Shown here one piece after another: positions 39,608 through 53,025 of a stretch of DNA of 64,000 bases. The stretch spans positions 114,638,001 through 114,702,000 of the forward strand of contig OX597814.1 of assembly GCA_951406725.2 (NCBI GenBank). Reading direction: 5' to 3'. Numbering within the stretch: position 1 is the first letter of the stretch; every line of letters starts with the position of its first letter. The stretch is from Octopus vulgaris. Its lineage: Eukaryota. The notes under the pieces are model-generated. The model was not told the DNA's origin and searched no databases. It saw nothing but the letters and a program-made list of their open reading frames with translations. A program made the position numbers and the translations under genes.

Positions 39608-40021
39608 ATTGTTTCTAATTTAGACACAAGGCCAGCAGGTTTGAGGGTAGTCGTTGACACTATTTTATCGACCCAGAAGAGATCAAAAACGAGATTGGAG
39701 TCGGTGAGATTTGAATCCAAGATACAAATATGATTCTGTGAGCTATTTTTTTTTTCGATGCTATAACAATTCTACCGATCTCCTGCCATGACATTCACAT
39801 TTAATAACCCTTTCTACTATAGGTACAAGGCATGAAACATTGGTAGAGGGGACTAGTCGATTACATCGACCCCAGCCGTAATTGGTACTCATTTCATCGA
39901 CCCCGAAAGGAGGAAAGGCAAAATCGACCTCGGCGGAATTTGAACTCAGAACGTAAAGACGGACGAAATGCCGTTAAGCATATTGCCCGGCGTGCCTACG
40001 ATTCTGCTAGCTCACCGCTTT
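39608..40021 (-). mobile_element. Two SINE family A copies (old 39608-39790, younger 39809-40021)
   Basis: Reverse complement of family A; CACATTTAATAA flanks the younger copy on both sides. Confidence 0.82.
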
Positions 40022-40379
40022 ACAATCACATTTAATAATAATGTTTTATCAAAGTTACTATAGCACTTTGAAAGAAGCACAATAGCTTAGTACTTTGATT
40101 TCAAGGAAAGATGAATGAAGCTTCTCTGACCAAGCGTATCAGGCCAATTACACCCTCGAGGACAATTATCCTCCATAGAACAATTCCCTGCCCCCTAGGA
40201 CAGTCACCCCACCACCTAGTTAATCACCCCACCACCTAGTTAATCACCCCTCTCCAATATATTAAGAAGTTTAAAATCCTCATCTGTTGTCCTTGTGGGG
40301 TAAAAGTCTTACACTCCTGTCCAAGAGATCAACGGTGAATATTCAAGATCAATATTCAAACTTTTACTTTTCTACACTT

Positions 40380-40708
40380 TTTTACTTGTTTCAGTCATTT
40401 GACTGTGGCCATGCTAGAGTACCGCCTTTAGTCGAACAAATCGACCAAAGGACTTATTCTTTGTAAGCCTACTACTTATTCTATCGGCCTCTTTTTGCCG
40501 AACCGCTTAGTTACGGGGACGTAAACGCACCAGCATCGGTTGTCAAGCGAGGTTAGGGGGACAAACACACACAAACATACACACACACATATATATATAT
40601 CGTGACGTATATTTGCCATTTCAATATGGCTAACCCCTAAGGGTGGATGCTACTGTAGTTGTTTGGCCCGAGGCTATAGTGGAAGACACTTGCGCAAGGT
40701 GCCACGCA
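40380..40708 (-). mobile_element. SINE family B, rearranged
   Basis: Tail intact; unrelated segment at about 40601-40665. Confidence 0.82.
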
Positions 40709-40759
40709 AACTTATAGGTAAATCAAAATGATTTATCAATATTATCAAACATACTACAA

Positions 40760-41160
40760 GATGCTTAGCGGCATTTTGTTCATCTTTGTTATGAGTTCAA
40801 ATTCCACTGGAGTTGACTTTGCCTTTCATCTTTTCGTACTTGATAAAACAATTGCTAGTTGAGCACTTAGGTCAATGTAATCGACTTACCTCCTCCCCTA
40901 AAATTGCTGACCTTGTGCCAAAATTTGAAATCAGTATTATCATATACCCTAAAGCGGCGTGCTGGCAGCTTTGTTAACGAGCCAGAAAAATGCTTAACCG
41001 CATTTCTTCTGACTTTTGAGTTCAAATATCGCTGGGATCGACTTTGCTTTTCATCCTTTCGGGGTCGATAATATAAGTACCATTTGAGCACTGGGGTTGA
41101 TGAATTACTTACCTGATTACCTAAAATTGCTGACTTTGTAATAGAATATGAAACCAAAAT
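40760..41160 (+). mobile_element. Two diverged SINE family A copies in tandem
   Basis: Two GAGTTCAAAT...GACTTTGC(C)TTTCATC blocks. Confidence 0.78.
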
Positions 41161-42961
41161 CAAATACATATTTATTTAGAAATTGCGAAAGAATAGTCTG
41201 ATATCTATCATCCAGACCTTACGAATCTTGAAGAAATTTACCTGAAATTTAGTTCCAAAAAGATGGCCAAACACGGTCAGATGACATAAATACCTTTATT
41301 GACCAAATATTAAATTATTAGTTATGGATTTACAAGGTGTTTTTAATATCTTCATGAACAACACACAATGATTTTTTTTCAATTTCAGTAGTTCAAAATA
41401 TAGATTTTTTTTCAATTTCAGTAGTTCAAAATATAGAATTTCTCACCCCTATTTAGCTCAGTCATAAAACCTGGAAATAAGCTCTTAAGAATATTATTTT
41501 AGAGATAGGATTGCAGTACTCGAAGCAAATGCAGCAGCATAGCGTAAAATCCGATCTTAAGTTAAAGTCTCTTTCACAAACAGATAGCAAACCATTAACT
41601 ATGTTCAAACATTTGAAAGCAATTTTAATATCGCCTAATAAAGCAGGCAATTTGTATATCAAACTTTTTCAAACTCCTTCAAAAGACTTGTCAAAATATA
41701 AAGTAATCAGCCGTTTCGTCTTTCGTAATTTTCTTAATGCATTGTAATATCTTATATATCATAAGTTATATTCTAGAAAACACCACTGCATCATTCTTTG
41801 GATTCTAAGTGAATAGGTTTTGAATTTGTTTCAGTTTAATTTCATCGACCGTTCATATCCTATAACCCACTTTAATGTCTAATTCTATTCTCTCATGATG
41901 TGTTTCTACATTTAATGAATTCTAAATGTTCTCCAACATTTGTCATCTTATTACTCGCATCACATTCTTAATATTTACAGATATTTTAAAATAAAATAAT
42001 CATATTTCTCTCCTTTGCAATTTCATACTGTTTGATTTCTGTCTTGATGTTTACAATTTTCGGAAAAATAACTTGTTTAGAATGTACAATAGTTTTGGAA
42101 TATTCCTATAAGTGAAAGATTTAATAAAAGCCCTGTTTATAATTCAATACTTTGATGTGTTTTATCTTTTTGGTTTTCACGATTATTTTGTAAGTCTGTC
42201 AAATACATTTACATACAATCAGAGATAACTGCCTGTAAAGGAACACCCACAGCTAGACTGCTGTACTAAAACGAAGATAAATATATGAACACACCGACAC
42301 ACACATGTACACAAGCATGTTATGTAACCAAAATACAATGAGCAAACAACAAATTAAATGTGATATAGAAAACGAACATAAAAGGTAGAAAAACAATTTG
42401 AAAGTAGCGCTTACCATTTTATTATTATTCCTTTAGCTTTCTAAGTACAAAACCTTTATTATTGTTAGCCATTTCAGAAAAAGATAAGATTTACGATGGA
42501 TTTACTGTGCTTGTGTCTTTTGTTCTTTGACAAACGTGATATTAAACTTTCTTTATCTTATGCATAAAACAGCGCCGAGGTAAGAAAACAAGTTTCCCTT
42601 CAGAATAGATAAGCCGTTTCTTGACTATTAACCAGTCTCTGTAGGATTTCTTTAGTCAAGGTTCGTTGAGCAGCACGTTTTCATAGACAGATTCAGTTAA
42701 ATCATATGAATACTTGTAATTTGATTAAACTCTCTAGCTATTTTCCAATAAACTTTTTAAAGTTCGAATAAAATCATAAATTAGTTATCAGATTAAAGTT
42801 TCTCATTTCATTTACTAATTCTAAGTCCCTCGCATCGTTTAGGTCGAACTAGTTCGCAAGACACTGCCAACAAATATGATACTGAGAAAAGAATTTATTG
42901 CTATATATTATGTTCATTCTGTATTTTTGAAACCTTCCTTCAGGACGCCACTGATAATAAC

Positions 42962-43194
42962 TATTTCTTTACTACCCACAAGGGGCTAAACACAGAGACG
43001 ACAAACAAGGACAGACAAACGGATTAAGTCGATTATATCGACCCCAGTGCGTAACTGGTACTTATTTAATCGACCCCGAAAGGATGAAAGGCAAAGTCGA
43101 CTTCGGGGGAATTTGAACTCAGAACGTAACTGCAGACGGAATACCGCTAAGCATTTCGCCCGGCGTCTTAATGTCTCTGTCAGCTCGCCGCCTT
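42962..43194 (-). mobile_element. SINE family A, full length
   Basis: Reverse complement of family A; CTGATAATA and CTGATAATA-like flanks. Confidence 0.9.
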
Positions 43195-43851
43195 CCCCTG
43201 ATAATACTTATATTCTTATTCATCTGAGAGTCAACATTTTCAATAAAAAAAAATGGCAGATGCAGCTCACGCGGTTCTTCATGAATAACATAATGGAGAT
43301 TTCTTTTCAAACTCGATTACTGTACTTTGCCATAATTTTATTTATCTCCTTAAACAATGTTGGTGGATTAGTTTAATGGGCAGATGTATTTTATGTATTT
43401 TTCTTCCGGGTTTCTTTCTTATAAGCTCAAACTAGAAACCCTAATGACATGTTGAAATTGATCTTTGTAAAATAGTGAGGATTAAATTGCAGATAGTGAT
43501 TTTAACATTAACGATGTCTTATGATTTCATGTATACAGATGTCTGCAACACTTTACAGAATTATGTGAAATGTTTTTCTCCCCTTTTCCTTGTGAGATTG
43601 TCCAATCTTTGCCACTGAATTGCTAAGTTTATATATATACACACGCACGCACACACACGAGTATTCTTTTTTTGTACACATTTGGCAACCCTGGTCGCCT
43701 ACCGTGGAATATAAAAAGAACTTGTTTTCTGCCCATCGTTCTTCAATAAAGAAAAATAACCCGCAACCTTCCGTCTCAATAAACCACTATTGTTCCTGAA
43801 AGTTGTTTTGTTACATTTACTACGGATTGCTCGAAGTTAACTTACTTTGTG

Positions 43852-43885
<34 letters not shown>

Positions 43886-44287
43886 GTCAACAGATGAGAT
43901 CCAGTGGTTCTCAATATAGAAAACACTAAGTGGAGCTTAAATGATTTGAATTTACACTCAGAGATCTTTACCACTACACCTTGCCTTACACTTGATCTAC
44001 TTTTAGATTTCCCAGCATCATGATGTGAATTGTGAGATTTTTATCTCTCCATCCTGAGAACAGAGGTGGGATCTCTTCAATGTTAATTTGCTTCCATTAT
44101 TAGAAGTGTATTCTGGTGAACTACATCTGCCAACACTACGAAGCAACCTCGAAACCCCAGAAACAGCTGTCGGAGTTGCAACACCATACCAACTCCCCTG
44201 TGTAGATTTGATCTCATAATATATAGATATCTATACATTTATACTTGAATAGTCATCGTCTGAAAAGTTTGAATCTTTCTCTCCATT

Positions 44288-44320
<33 letters not shown>

Positions 44321-45159
44321 GCACAATGTATATATATTTTGTATATCAAATCCAAGCAACAGTTTTATTTGTATACTTGCATAATTGTCTCTCACACACT
44401 CTTTCTCTCTCTCACACACACACACACACACATTCTCTCTCTTTCTCTCGCTCTCTATTTATATATTTATACACACGCATTTTGTGTATCTGGTTGCCGA
44501 CCACTACCGTTTCACAACCGGTATTGGCTTGTTTACATGTCCCCATGACTGTTCGGCAAAAGAGAACAAATACCAGATTTAAAAGTATAAGTTAAGTCTT
44601 AGGGTTGATTTGACAGAAGCTCTTTCAAGCGTGCCCCGGTATAGCTGCAGTGCAAAGACTGAAACAGGAAGATAAAATACGATGTAGCGAGATTGTCTCA
44701 TTTAATTTTACTCCATGCAATTCGTTTGTGGAGCTAAAAAACAGTCAAGGTGGTGCTCCAGTATTGCCTTGACTGTGTTGGCTTAAACAATCAAACAAAT
44801 AAAAAAAACTATAGAACATTTCACACTCTGTAAGTCTCAGGACTTAAGCCTATTTAAAAATCAATACAAATCGATGTGAAAAAATCAATATCAATCGAAA
44901 TGAAAAAGCTACTGAAGTTTTTTTTATATTTTTATAATGGCACACTAATCAATGTTTCCCAGATATCAGGTTTATCGCGTACACAGGACAATAATTTGAT
45001 AAATGTAAGGACATACAAAGGTGTGTTAGTTACCATCGTAGTATGTATTATTTGTATTTACTTACAAAACAGGAATAATGCCCCAAAGGTATTAATCAAT
45101 GTCTCTCCTCTCTCTCTTTCTCTCTCGCTCTGTATGTATACACATACACACATACATAC

Positions 45160-45197
<38 letters not shown>

Positions 45198-45334
45198 GCA
45201 CACACACACACACACATAATATATATAACATGGATGTCAGAGCGTTTACAAATGCATATTCATTCACTTTTTACGCTAATAATTGGATTAAAGATTATTT
45301 ACGCAAACACCTAAGTCATAATTTATTACAATGA

Positions 45335-45530
45335 AAAGCGGTGAGCGAGCAGAATCGTCAGCACGCCGGACAAAATCCTGAGAGACATTTCGTACGTCGT
45401 TATGTTCCGAGTTCGGATTTCACCGAGACGAGATCGGCTTTGCCTTACATCCATTTGGGGGTCGATAAAATATAATCGACTCACCCACCGCCTCAAAATT
45501 ACTGGCCTTGTGCCAAACTTGGAAACCATT
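45335..45530 (+). mobile_element. SINE family A, diverged
   Basis: GCGGTGAGCGAGCAGAATCG head through GGCCTTGTGCCAAA tail. Confidence 0.75.
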
Positions 45531-45619
45531 ACTTACTAAAATGAAATAAGTTGTAATTGAAATCATATAACAGAGGTTCATAAGTGGTTGTTTTATGTTT
45601 CATGTTTCGGATCTAGCCC

Positions 45620-45900
45620 ATGTTGTTGTTTGTTCCTTCTCGCGCCAAGCCCGGCTAACAAGGGCCGGTTTCCCAGTTTCATTGGCGTATAGGTTTTACC
45701 AGCTGGACGTGAGCTGCTAGAGGCAGGAGGAAAGAGTGAGGAAGTTGCGGCGAAAGAATCAGCAGAAATTCGCCACTAACCCCTGCCATAGCCGCGTGGA
45801 GCTTAGGTGTTTCGCTCATAAACACACACATCGCCCGGTCTAAGATTCGATCCCTAGACCGCAAGTCCGCTGCTCTGAACACTAAGCCATATGCTTCCAC
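45620..45900 (-). mobile_element. SINE family C-related copy with a different tail
   Basis: Reverse complement GTGGAAGCATATGGCTTAGTG...GAGCGAAACACCTAAGCTCCACGCGGCT. Confidence 0.78.
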
Positions 45901-46967
45901 TGGATCTCAGCAAAACCAATGTTAACTCACTTTTCTGCTTAAAAAACCCACAAATTCATAAATATTTTGTGTAAAGTAAAAACTTTTTTGAACTTAGAAA
46001 ATGGAAGTCAGTAACTAAAAATTGTTTTTGTCCAACACCTCTTTGGTAGGATTGCGTTTCCTTTTTCAAAGTCGTTAATACACCGAAATACATGATCGGA
46101 ACAAATAAATTATATTCACAATTGACTTGGTAATTTTGGATACTAGTGCTTCCCTTTATTTTCTGACTGTAAAGGGAAATGTTATTGCTATTTCTAGAAG
46201 CTCGAGTAACCGCATTGTTGAATCAAAATAGTTCTTTAATACGGCAATAACTTAAGATATGGCTCATCTACTAATTTCTACCTTTTTAAATCCAATATTC
46301 CATGTGGACTTTGCTAGTGATAAGAAACTTACTGTTAAACATAGAGGTTTGAAGAAAATTCCCAGTAAGTTTAGTTTAAACTAAAGAAATACTCTATATA
46401 TTTGCCTTGTATTAAGAACAATAGAGAACCTTCGAGAGACCTTCAACGTTTTTATCATTTCTACCGCTTAGAAATGATAAATAAATTTCCTTCAAATTTC
46501 ATCAAACCACTTTGGAAAAAGAACGACACAGTATATAGTTGTTGGCATCCTTTTGTCTCGGGAGACATTGGAGTTAAGCATTAACTATCCAGTCTGGTTT
46601 TTACATTTCGTGTCCTCTCCAGTTTCCCCACCAGTCTTGCGCAGGCCTGGGCTAGATGTAAGAAAATCCTGGTTAGCCCAATCGTCAGGATTCCTCTTTC
46701 GACCTTGCTGACGTAGTCAAAAGGAGTGCAATGTCAGAAAATTACCTGACATAAATAAAATTCTGAGGTTGATTTGTTCAATTATAACTTTGACGGTGAT
46801 GCTCTCACTTGGCATCGCCCTAACATCTGCAAATCAATGTGGAAAAATAAAGTGGATGGAGTTGGAATTTTAGCGACTTGTATTTATGCGTAGGAACAAC
46901 TAGCACAAGATGTCTGGTGTGGAATCTGGAAGATGAGATAAAGGTGGTGGAAAGTAGAGTTTGGTGG

Positions 46968-47322
46968 GCATAGGCATGGCTGACTGGTTAAGAAGCTCGA
47001 TTTGCAGCCACCTGGTTTCGGATTCAATTATACTGCGCAACACCTTCGATGAGTGCCTCAGGCCGTTAAATGATTTCTGTGTGATTTTGGTGGACGGAAA
47101 CTGAGTGGAAGCCCGTTATGTGTGTGTTTAGGTGTATATGTATGTGCCTCTTTGTTGTTGCCCTCCATAACGGTTGAAAGCCGATGCTGGTTTGTTTATG
47201 TTCTTGTAGCTTAGTAAAGAACACAATACAGTAAGTACCAGATTTAAAAATAATAATTGCCTGACTAAATTCAAGGCGGTGCCTCAGCATGGCCGGAGTC
47301 CTATTACTGAAACAAGTAAACG
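46968..47322 (+). mobile_element. SINE family B, diverged
   Basis: GACGGAAACTG..GAAGCCCG, CCGATGCTGGTTTGTTTA, CAGCATGGCC...ACTGAAACAAGTAA. Confidence 0.78.
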
Positions 47323-47346
47323 ATAAAATATACATTTTATTCATGA

Positions 47347-47732
47347 CTAGCAGTATCGCCCGGCGTTGCTCAGGTTTGTAAGGGAAATAACTATAAAGCA
47401 TTTTTAGAGAGTTATAGCCAAAAAATAGCAAAAAAATGGAAAAAAATGATGGTAAATTTTTTTTTGAGAGTAAAAAAAGGTGGAGCTGCGTCCCCTAGAC
47501 AGTTTGCGGTTTGTGTTTCTGATTCTCGACCCCATGTCGAATTTATCGATTTTTTCAGAACTGGGGGAACTTTTCAAAATTTTCGCTGCGTTAGTTTTGA
47601 ATTATGACATTGGGCTATGTGTGTGTCAAGTTTCATCAGAATCGGTTGAAAGCCGTGGTCAGGGTGAGGGTACAAGCAAACAGACACACAGAAACACGCA
47701 CAGACAAACTGCCGTTTATATAGAGAGAGAGA
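47347..47732 (-). mobile_element. Non-autonomous Helitron
   Basis: Minus strand starts TC(TC)nTATATAAA, has a GTCT-like microsatellite, and ends in an imperfect hairpin CCTGAGCAACGCCGGG then CTAG; sits between A and T. Confidence 0.82.
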
Positions 47733-47837
47733 TATATAAAGTTTTATGAGGACATCAGTCTAAAAATATAAGTGCTCTTATAAAATATACATCATATCGT
47801 AGGCAAAGATTATATATAATCGTAAGTGCACACTTAT

Positions 47838-48118
47838 TACCATTTGAAATATGCTTGTGGCGTATTAGAGTCCGCAACAAAGCTACCCACTGTATTTTGT
47901 CATGGAAGAAATTTTCTCGCTGTAGATAAATGCGTGTAAATACACCAAGTCACCTCTGAACGCAACTAACGGAATAAAATGTGAACCATGGAGGCGCTGC
48001 GAACTGATTGGGTGTATTTATACCTATTTATCTTCAGCGAGAAATTTCTCCATGACAAAATACAGTGAATACATATTCTTACGGGTTTGAATAAACCTCA
48101 AGCATATTTGAACTGGTA
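47838..48118. repeat. ~280-bp inverted repeat
   Basis: CACTGTATTTTGTCATGGA/TCCATGACAAAATACAGTG, TTTCTCGCTG.AGATAAAT/ATTTATCT.CAGCGAGAAA and AAATATGCTTG/CAAGCATATTT pair. Confidence 0.82.
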
Positions 48119-50859
48119 GAGCTTGTATTTATCCTGTATATAATGATGCTGGTCCAACGGAAGCATATAACCAGACATACATTTTATGAAGTGTATAATC
48201 GACCTCAGTGATTGATTAGTACGTTTTTATCGATTCTGGGTGGATGTAAAGTTGAACTAAGGATGTGGAGGACGTGATCTCAAGGATTCTTTTTATTCCT
48301 TGTCTACTGACTCTTCCGAAAGAGAGTTGAAATAAAAATTATAAAGGACTTGGTTGATGGGGCTCTTGACAAAGGATGGCACGAAGCCTTGTTCTCTGCT
48401 GCAGTCGAGTGCCACGTTTTCCTATCAAGATCGGTTTGCTATTTCCTGCAAAAAATCGGTTTGCAACCCAAATATTAAAGAAAGCCACCAGAGAGATCGT
48501 CATAACAAGGGAAACTTGTTCAATATGGTTTTGGTTGGCAAGAAATCAAGGAGAAGCCCTTCGGCGGGCAAGATGTAATCTAGTCCCCACTGCCCTATTC
48601 AGAAGTGCACAGGTTGAAGGGCGAAAAATTGTGACTGATGCACTTCTTGAAGATGTGGATAGGTTTTCAAAATTGTGATAGCTTTTTCGTCGTCAGAGGA
48701 GGTTGATATATCTATAAATAGCTTCAGCAGTTTCTGTGTAGGGCAAAGTATCTGAGATGTTTATTTAATTGGTAATGGATGCGTAAGAGAATGAGGATTT
48801 TATAATTTGTAAAAATATTTTATCTCTATCTTCATGCTAAATTAGTGACTGGTTAAGCTGAAACAATTTAAAGAATTTTTTAAAAATTCAATGCTGCAAT
48901 GCTGTTGTAACGTGTGCGAAAAGCTTCTAATCTGCTGAGAACAGGCGAAAATCTTTGAGTTTTACCATTAAGAATATTTCAGGAAGACGTGTTCCAAAAT
49001 GTGATTCGAACATACAAATCTCACTTAAGAATTGAGCAAGATAGAGTGAATGAGCAGACCTTTCAAGGTCTTCTTATACAATTCTTTTGTCCGGGCAAAC
49101 GCTAAGCTACCACAAGTTCCACATGCCATTGATTTTTCCGGAGAAATGGAAAAGTTTTTACTTTTGAATTTTTCGAAACCCTTCAGATATAACTTATACC
49201 AAGTAAAATGGCCCTCTCCAGAAAGAAAAAAATTGATATATGTTGCGGATAGGTTCCTTGTAGCAATTCGTACAAATAATTCATCACAGAACTATTATGT
49301 TGCTATATATGGTAAGTAGGAATAGATAATTGCATTGCAAATTGAAGTGTTTTTATTTAAAGAAGACAAATAATAGAAATACTATATAAACTAACACACC
49401 ACGTCTGTTCATCGTTTTTATGATTATTTGTATATTAGATAAATATTTTCCAAATTATTCGATCTATGATTATCATCACAATTCAGTTATAGCGAAAGCG
49501 AAACGCTTTGTATGCAACGTATGTCGAAATATTATGCAACCGAAAACCAACCGATATTGCTGGACTTGAGAAAGAACGGGGAGAAAATTTTACGAATAAG
49601 CATATTATTATTTGTACCGTTAAGAATATAGTGTCGATAATAATAGTATTTAACCATTGAATAAATAATTATGTGTAAAAGAATGAATCAAGCTCTTAAA
49701 TGTTGCTATTAACTATTTATTTTACCTTCATTTGCACGAAATATATTATATTTCTTTCAAGTTGCAGCTGGTAAATCTGTTTCTCTTCCCATAAACTAAG
49801 AGAGTTTTCTCATACGTTTACAAAACAGCGAATATAAAGGTAAAAATAATTCAGGGACAAACTTCAAACAGTCCCATTTATTTTTTCTCATTGACATCTA
49901 ATTTCAGAATAAAGCATACTGCAAAAATCGAAATAAACTGTCCTTTGAACACATGATCAAATGCAAAGAGGGTTTTTTTTTGTTTTTACTATTTTTTTTA
50001 GCAATCCTGGAAAGCTGTTTACATTGTTGTCATTGGTGATTTATTGATCTTCTCCCTGAATAAAAGAGAAACCAGATAAAACAGAAGTAAACACTCTGTC
50101 GCCCTTTGCAATCACTGAAAAAGTGACGTCAAAAAGACAACAATAATAATCATCTGTCATCCTATTTTTAAACTACTCCCACACTGACTTCTAACGTCAC
50201 TGAATCACTATGAATCCATCTTTATTTGAAAAGTATAAACTAAATAACTAATTCCTCTCATTCAGACACCTCAGTAACATGGAGCATTGAACTTTTTTAT
50301 ATTCTAATTAACTGTTATACTACTATCCCTGTAGGAAAGGGACTTTGACAGCAATATTTCTTTAAGGATTGTCCTTTTGCGTATTGATTTCTAGATTTAC
50401 AAAGTTGGTAACATGATTTTGTTACATAAAGTATCATCTTATATAAGAGTGGAAGGGAACGCGGTAAACCCTTTAAAGTACAGTTGTCTACTATTAAACA
50501 AGTAATTTATGAATTAAACATAGAGAAATGTCTATAAGTTTTATTGTTCTTCATATTCTCACTTATGATTAAGAATGGTTTCAAACCACTTTGAGAAAAT
50601 GGGTTTATTACTGAAAAAAAAACAAAACAAAAAAAAAACACAGAAAATTACTGGTTTGTAATTATTTCCGGAACGGATAGCTTAGTACATGTTTACTGAA
50701 AAGAGTCTCTTTAGAAGTAATCCAACACTACGATTTGCAAGATAACCTCGTTAGTGGTGGGGTAGGGTAAGAACTTAGGGTTAATGAGAATCCTGATACT
50801 ATAGCCAATTTTGATGCCGTTGTTCTTTGACTCACCTTAGCTTCCGACAGAGCAAGATG

Positions 50860-51070
50860 GTTTCAAATTTTGGCACAAGGTCAACGATTTTGACGGAGGA
50901 AATAAGTCGATTATATTTTTAGCGGAGAAAACAAGTACTCAACTGGTACTTATTTTACGGACGCCGAAAAGATGAAGGGCGAAATTTGCACTTTGAACAT
51001 AGTGAGTCGGAAGAAATATCGTAAAGCATGTTATCGATTCTCTAACGGTTCTGCAAACTTGCTGCCTTCT
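50860..51070 (-). mobile_element. SINE family A, old
   Basis: TTTGGCACAAGG...AACTGGTACTTATTTT...GATGAAGGGC. Confidence 0.7.
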
Positions 51071-51265
51071 TCCGAACAATCATAATAATGAGAGAAAATG
51101 TTAGAGCCATGAACATGCTTTCCTTCTTTTGGGATATAGTGTATCCAGCACTTCATTAACTATAAATCCTTCCTCTCCTCAAAACAGTCGGATTTGATTT
51201 AGAGGAGATTCGGTTTCTATTTGTGATGAGTCACGCACTATCTCACGACAGAAATGTTTCGACTG

Positions 51266-51494
51266 AAGGCGACGAGCTGGCAGAAACGTTAGACCGGCGG
51301 GCGAAATGCTTAGCTGTATTTCGTCTGCCGCTACGTTCTGAGTTCAAATTCTGCCGAGGTCGATTTTGCCTTTCATCCTTCCGGTAAATTAAGTACCAGT
51401 TATGCACTGGGATCGATGTAATCGATTTAACCTCGTTGTCTGTCCTTGTTTGTCCCCTCTATGTTTAGCCCCTTGTGGGCAATAAAGAAATAAT
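51266..51494 (+). mobile_element. SINE family A with 14-bp TSD
   Basis: TSD AAATGTTTCGACTG at 51252-51265 and 51495-51508. Confidence 0.92.
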
Positions 51495-52786
51495 AAATGT
51501 TTCGACTGTCTTAAAACGTGTTTTTCCTAAACTGTCCTTTAAAAGTAATTCCTTATTGATAACCACTTTTATTCCAGTATACAATTTAGTCGGCGATAGA
51601 GATATTCGTTATCTTAAATCACCGCTTTATAGAATTATTCTAGCAAGGAGTAGTAGATCAAGGATTCTTCATGGTTTACGAACATGTTAACTAATATTTT
51701 TTCATTGCTGTTTAGACAAAGGTTACTTCGGATCTGGTAGATTTGCATTCAAATATATCCTAGTCATAACCATCTCATCTTGTTTACATGAGCCTTTTTA
51801 TGTATTTGGGATTATCTGATATGTCTTTGGTGTAACCTTCCCTTTTTAAGGCTGTAGGGTTTGATTTGAACATTTGACTGCTATTTATAGAAGGTCGAGT
51901 ACCAACGAGCGCGATCTCTCTGGAGCGCATAATCTGCTTGGAATTATGCAAGTATACTGGTATTTAAATATACACCCCTAATGAATCATATATAACCATT
52001 CTTTCTTTTTCTTACGCTACTATCCAGAAACCTAAACCTTTGGGAAATATTTCAAAAGTTACTGCTTTCCACAGTAAGTCACTGAAGTGCCAAATCTATT
52101 TTAGTTCTTGAATATAAGGAACATAATAGCATCTTCCCGTTTTGTTGATGCTATCTCCAACCTTATAGTGACCTCCTCTCTCCTTATAGTGATCTCCCCT
52201 CTAAGAGTTCTCCGAATGATTTCAGAAAGTTCATTATGTTAAGTACCATCATAACCTTCATATACTTACATATGTATCTGTGTGTAATTTTGTTGAAACG
52301 AGATACCATCAAGATGGAAGCCAGGCAGCACATTTGGCTGTCTAGGAGCTTGCAGTAATTTCAAGCGTTGGTCTTAGCCGACATTTAATATTTCTTGCTT
52401 CTTGAGCCGGTTACGTTGTCTGTCACAACCGAAATTTTGCGACCGCATGTGCCTTTGATGGTTATTCTATCGATCTACTTCATTCATTCATTCATTCGAG
52501 GTGCTTTTCATCAAGTGCGCGAGATAACCTATATTTTCACAGCTCTCAGAGTGGGCCTTATTAGCTTGTTGACGACAGTTGTATGTTTGAAAACGGCAAC
52601 ATACATGCTTTATATATTCCCCGTCGTTCATAAAGAGGCCACGATCAAAGAAATCGTCTGATACTACTCAAATATTTTGAAAAGAATCTTTTTCTTTCGC
52701 TTAGAAGCTGATTTTACTTTGTTTTCACTTGGATAAATCTATCAGGAGTGTTACTATTATTTTAATTTCCTTTTTTATATGATATA

Positions 52787-53025
52787 TTTTGGGTTGGTGC
52801 ATAATTATTACAGCTTTTTTTCAACAAAAACAATAATATTCAACAAAAACATCTTTAAGTGACGGTCTGACCACCTGCCAAGCAAATAGGAAGCAGTAAT
52901 TGAAATAGATGGGGAATATACTCCGGAATAATCATTTAAAGATGTTTTTGTTACATGTTGTTATTGTTTTGTTGAATAAAATTTGAAGAAAAAAAAAGCC
53001 GCAATAATTATGCACCAACCCAATA
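52787..53025 (+). mobile_element. Mariner deletion derivative
   Basis: TIRs TTGGGTTGGTGCATAATTATT and AATAATTATGCACCAACCCAA resemble Hsmar1-type ends; internal LPSK*EAVIEIDGEY matches the mariner transposase C-terminus. Confidence 0.88.

Noticed and set aside
48354-48720. ORFs 48354-48578 and 48376-48678 as a host exon
   Set aside because: No recognisable domain or splice context; possibly a decayed LINE fragment on the minus strand that I cannot assign.
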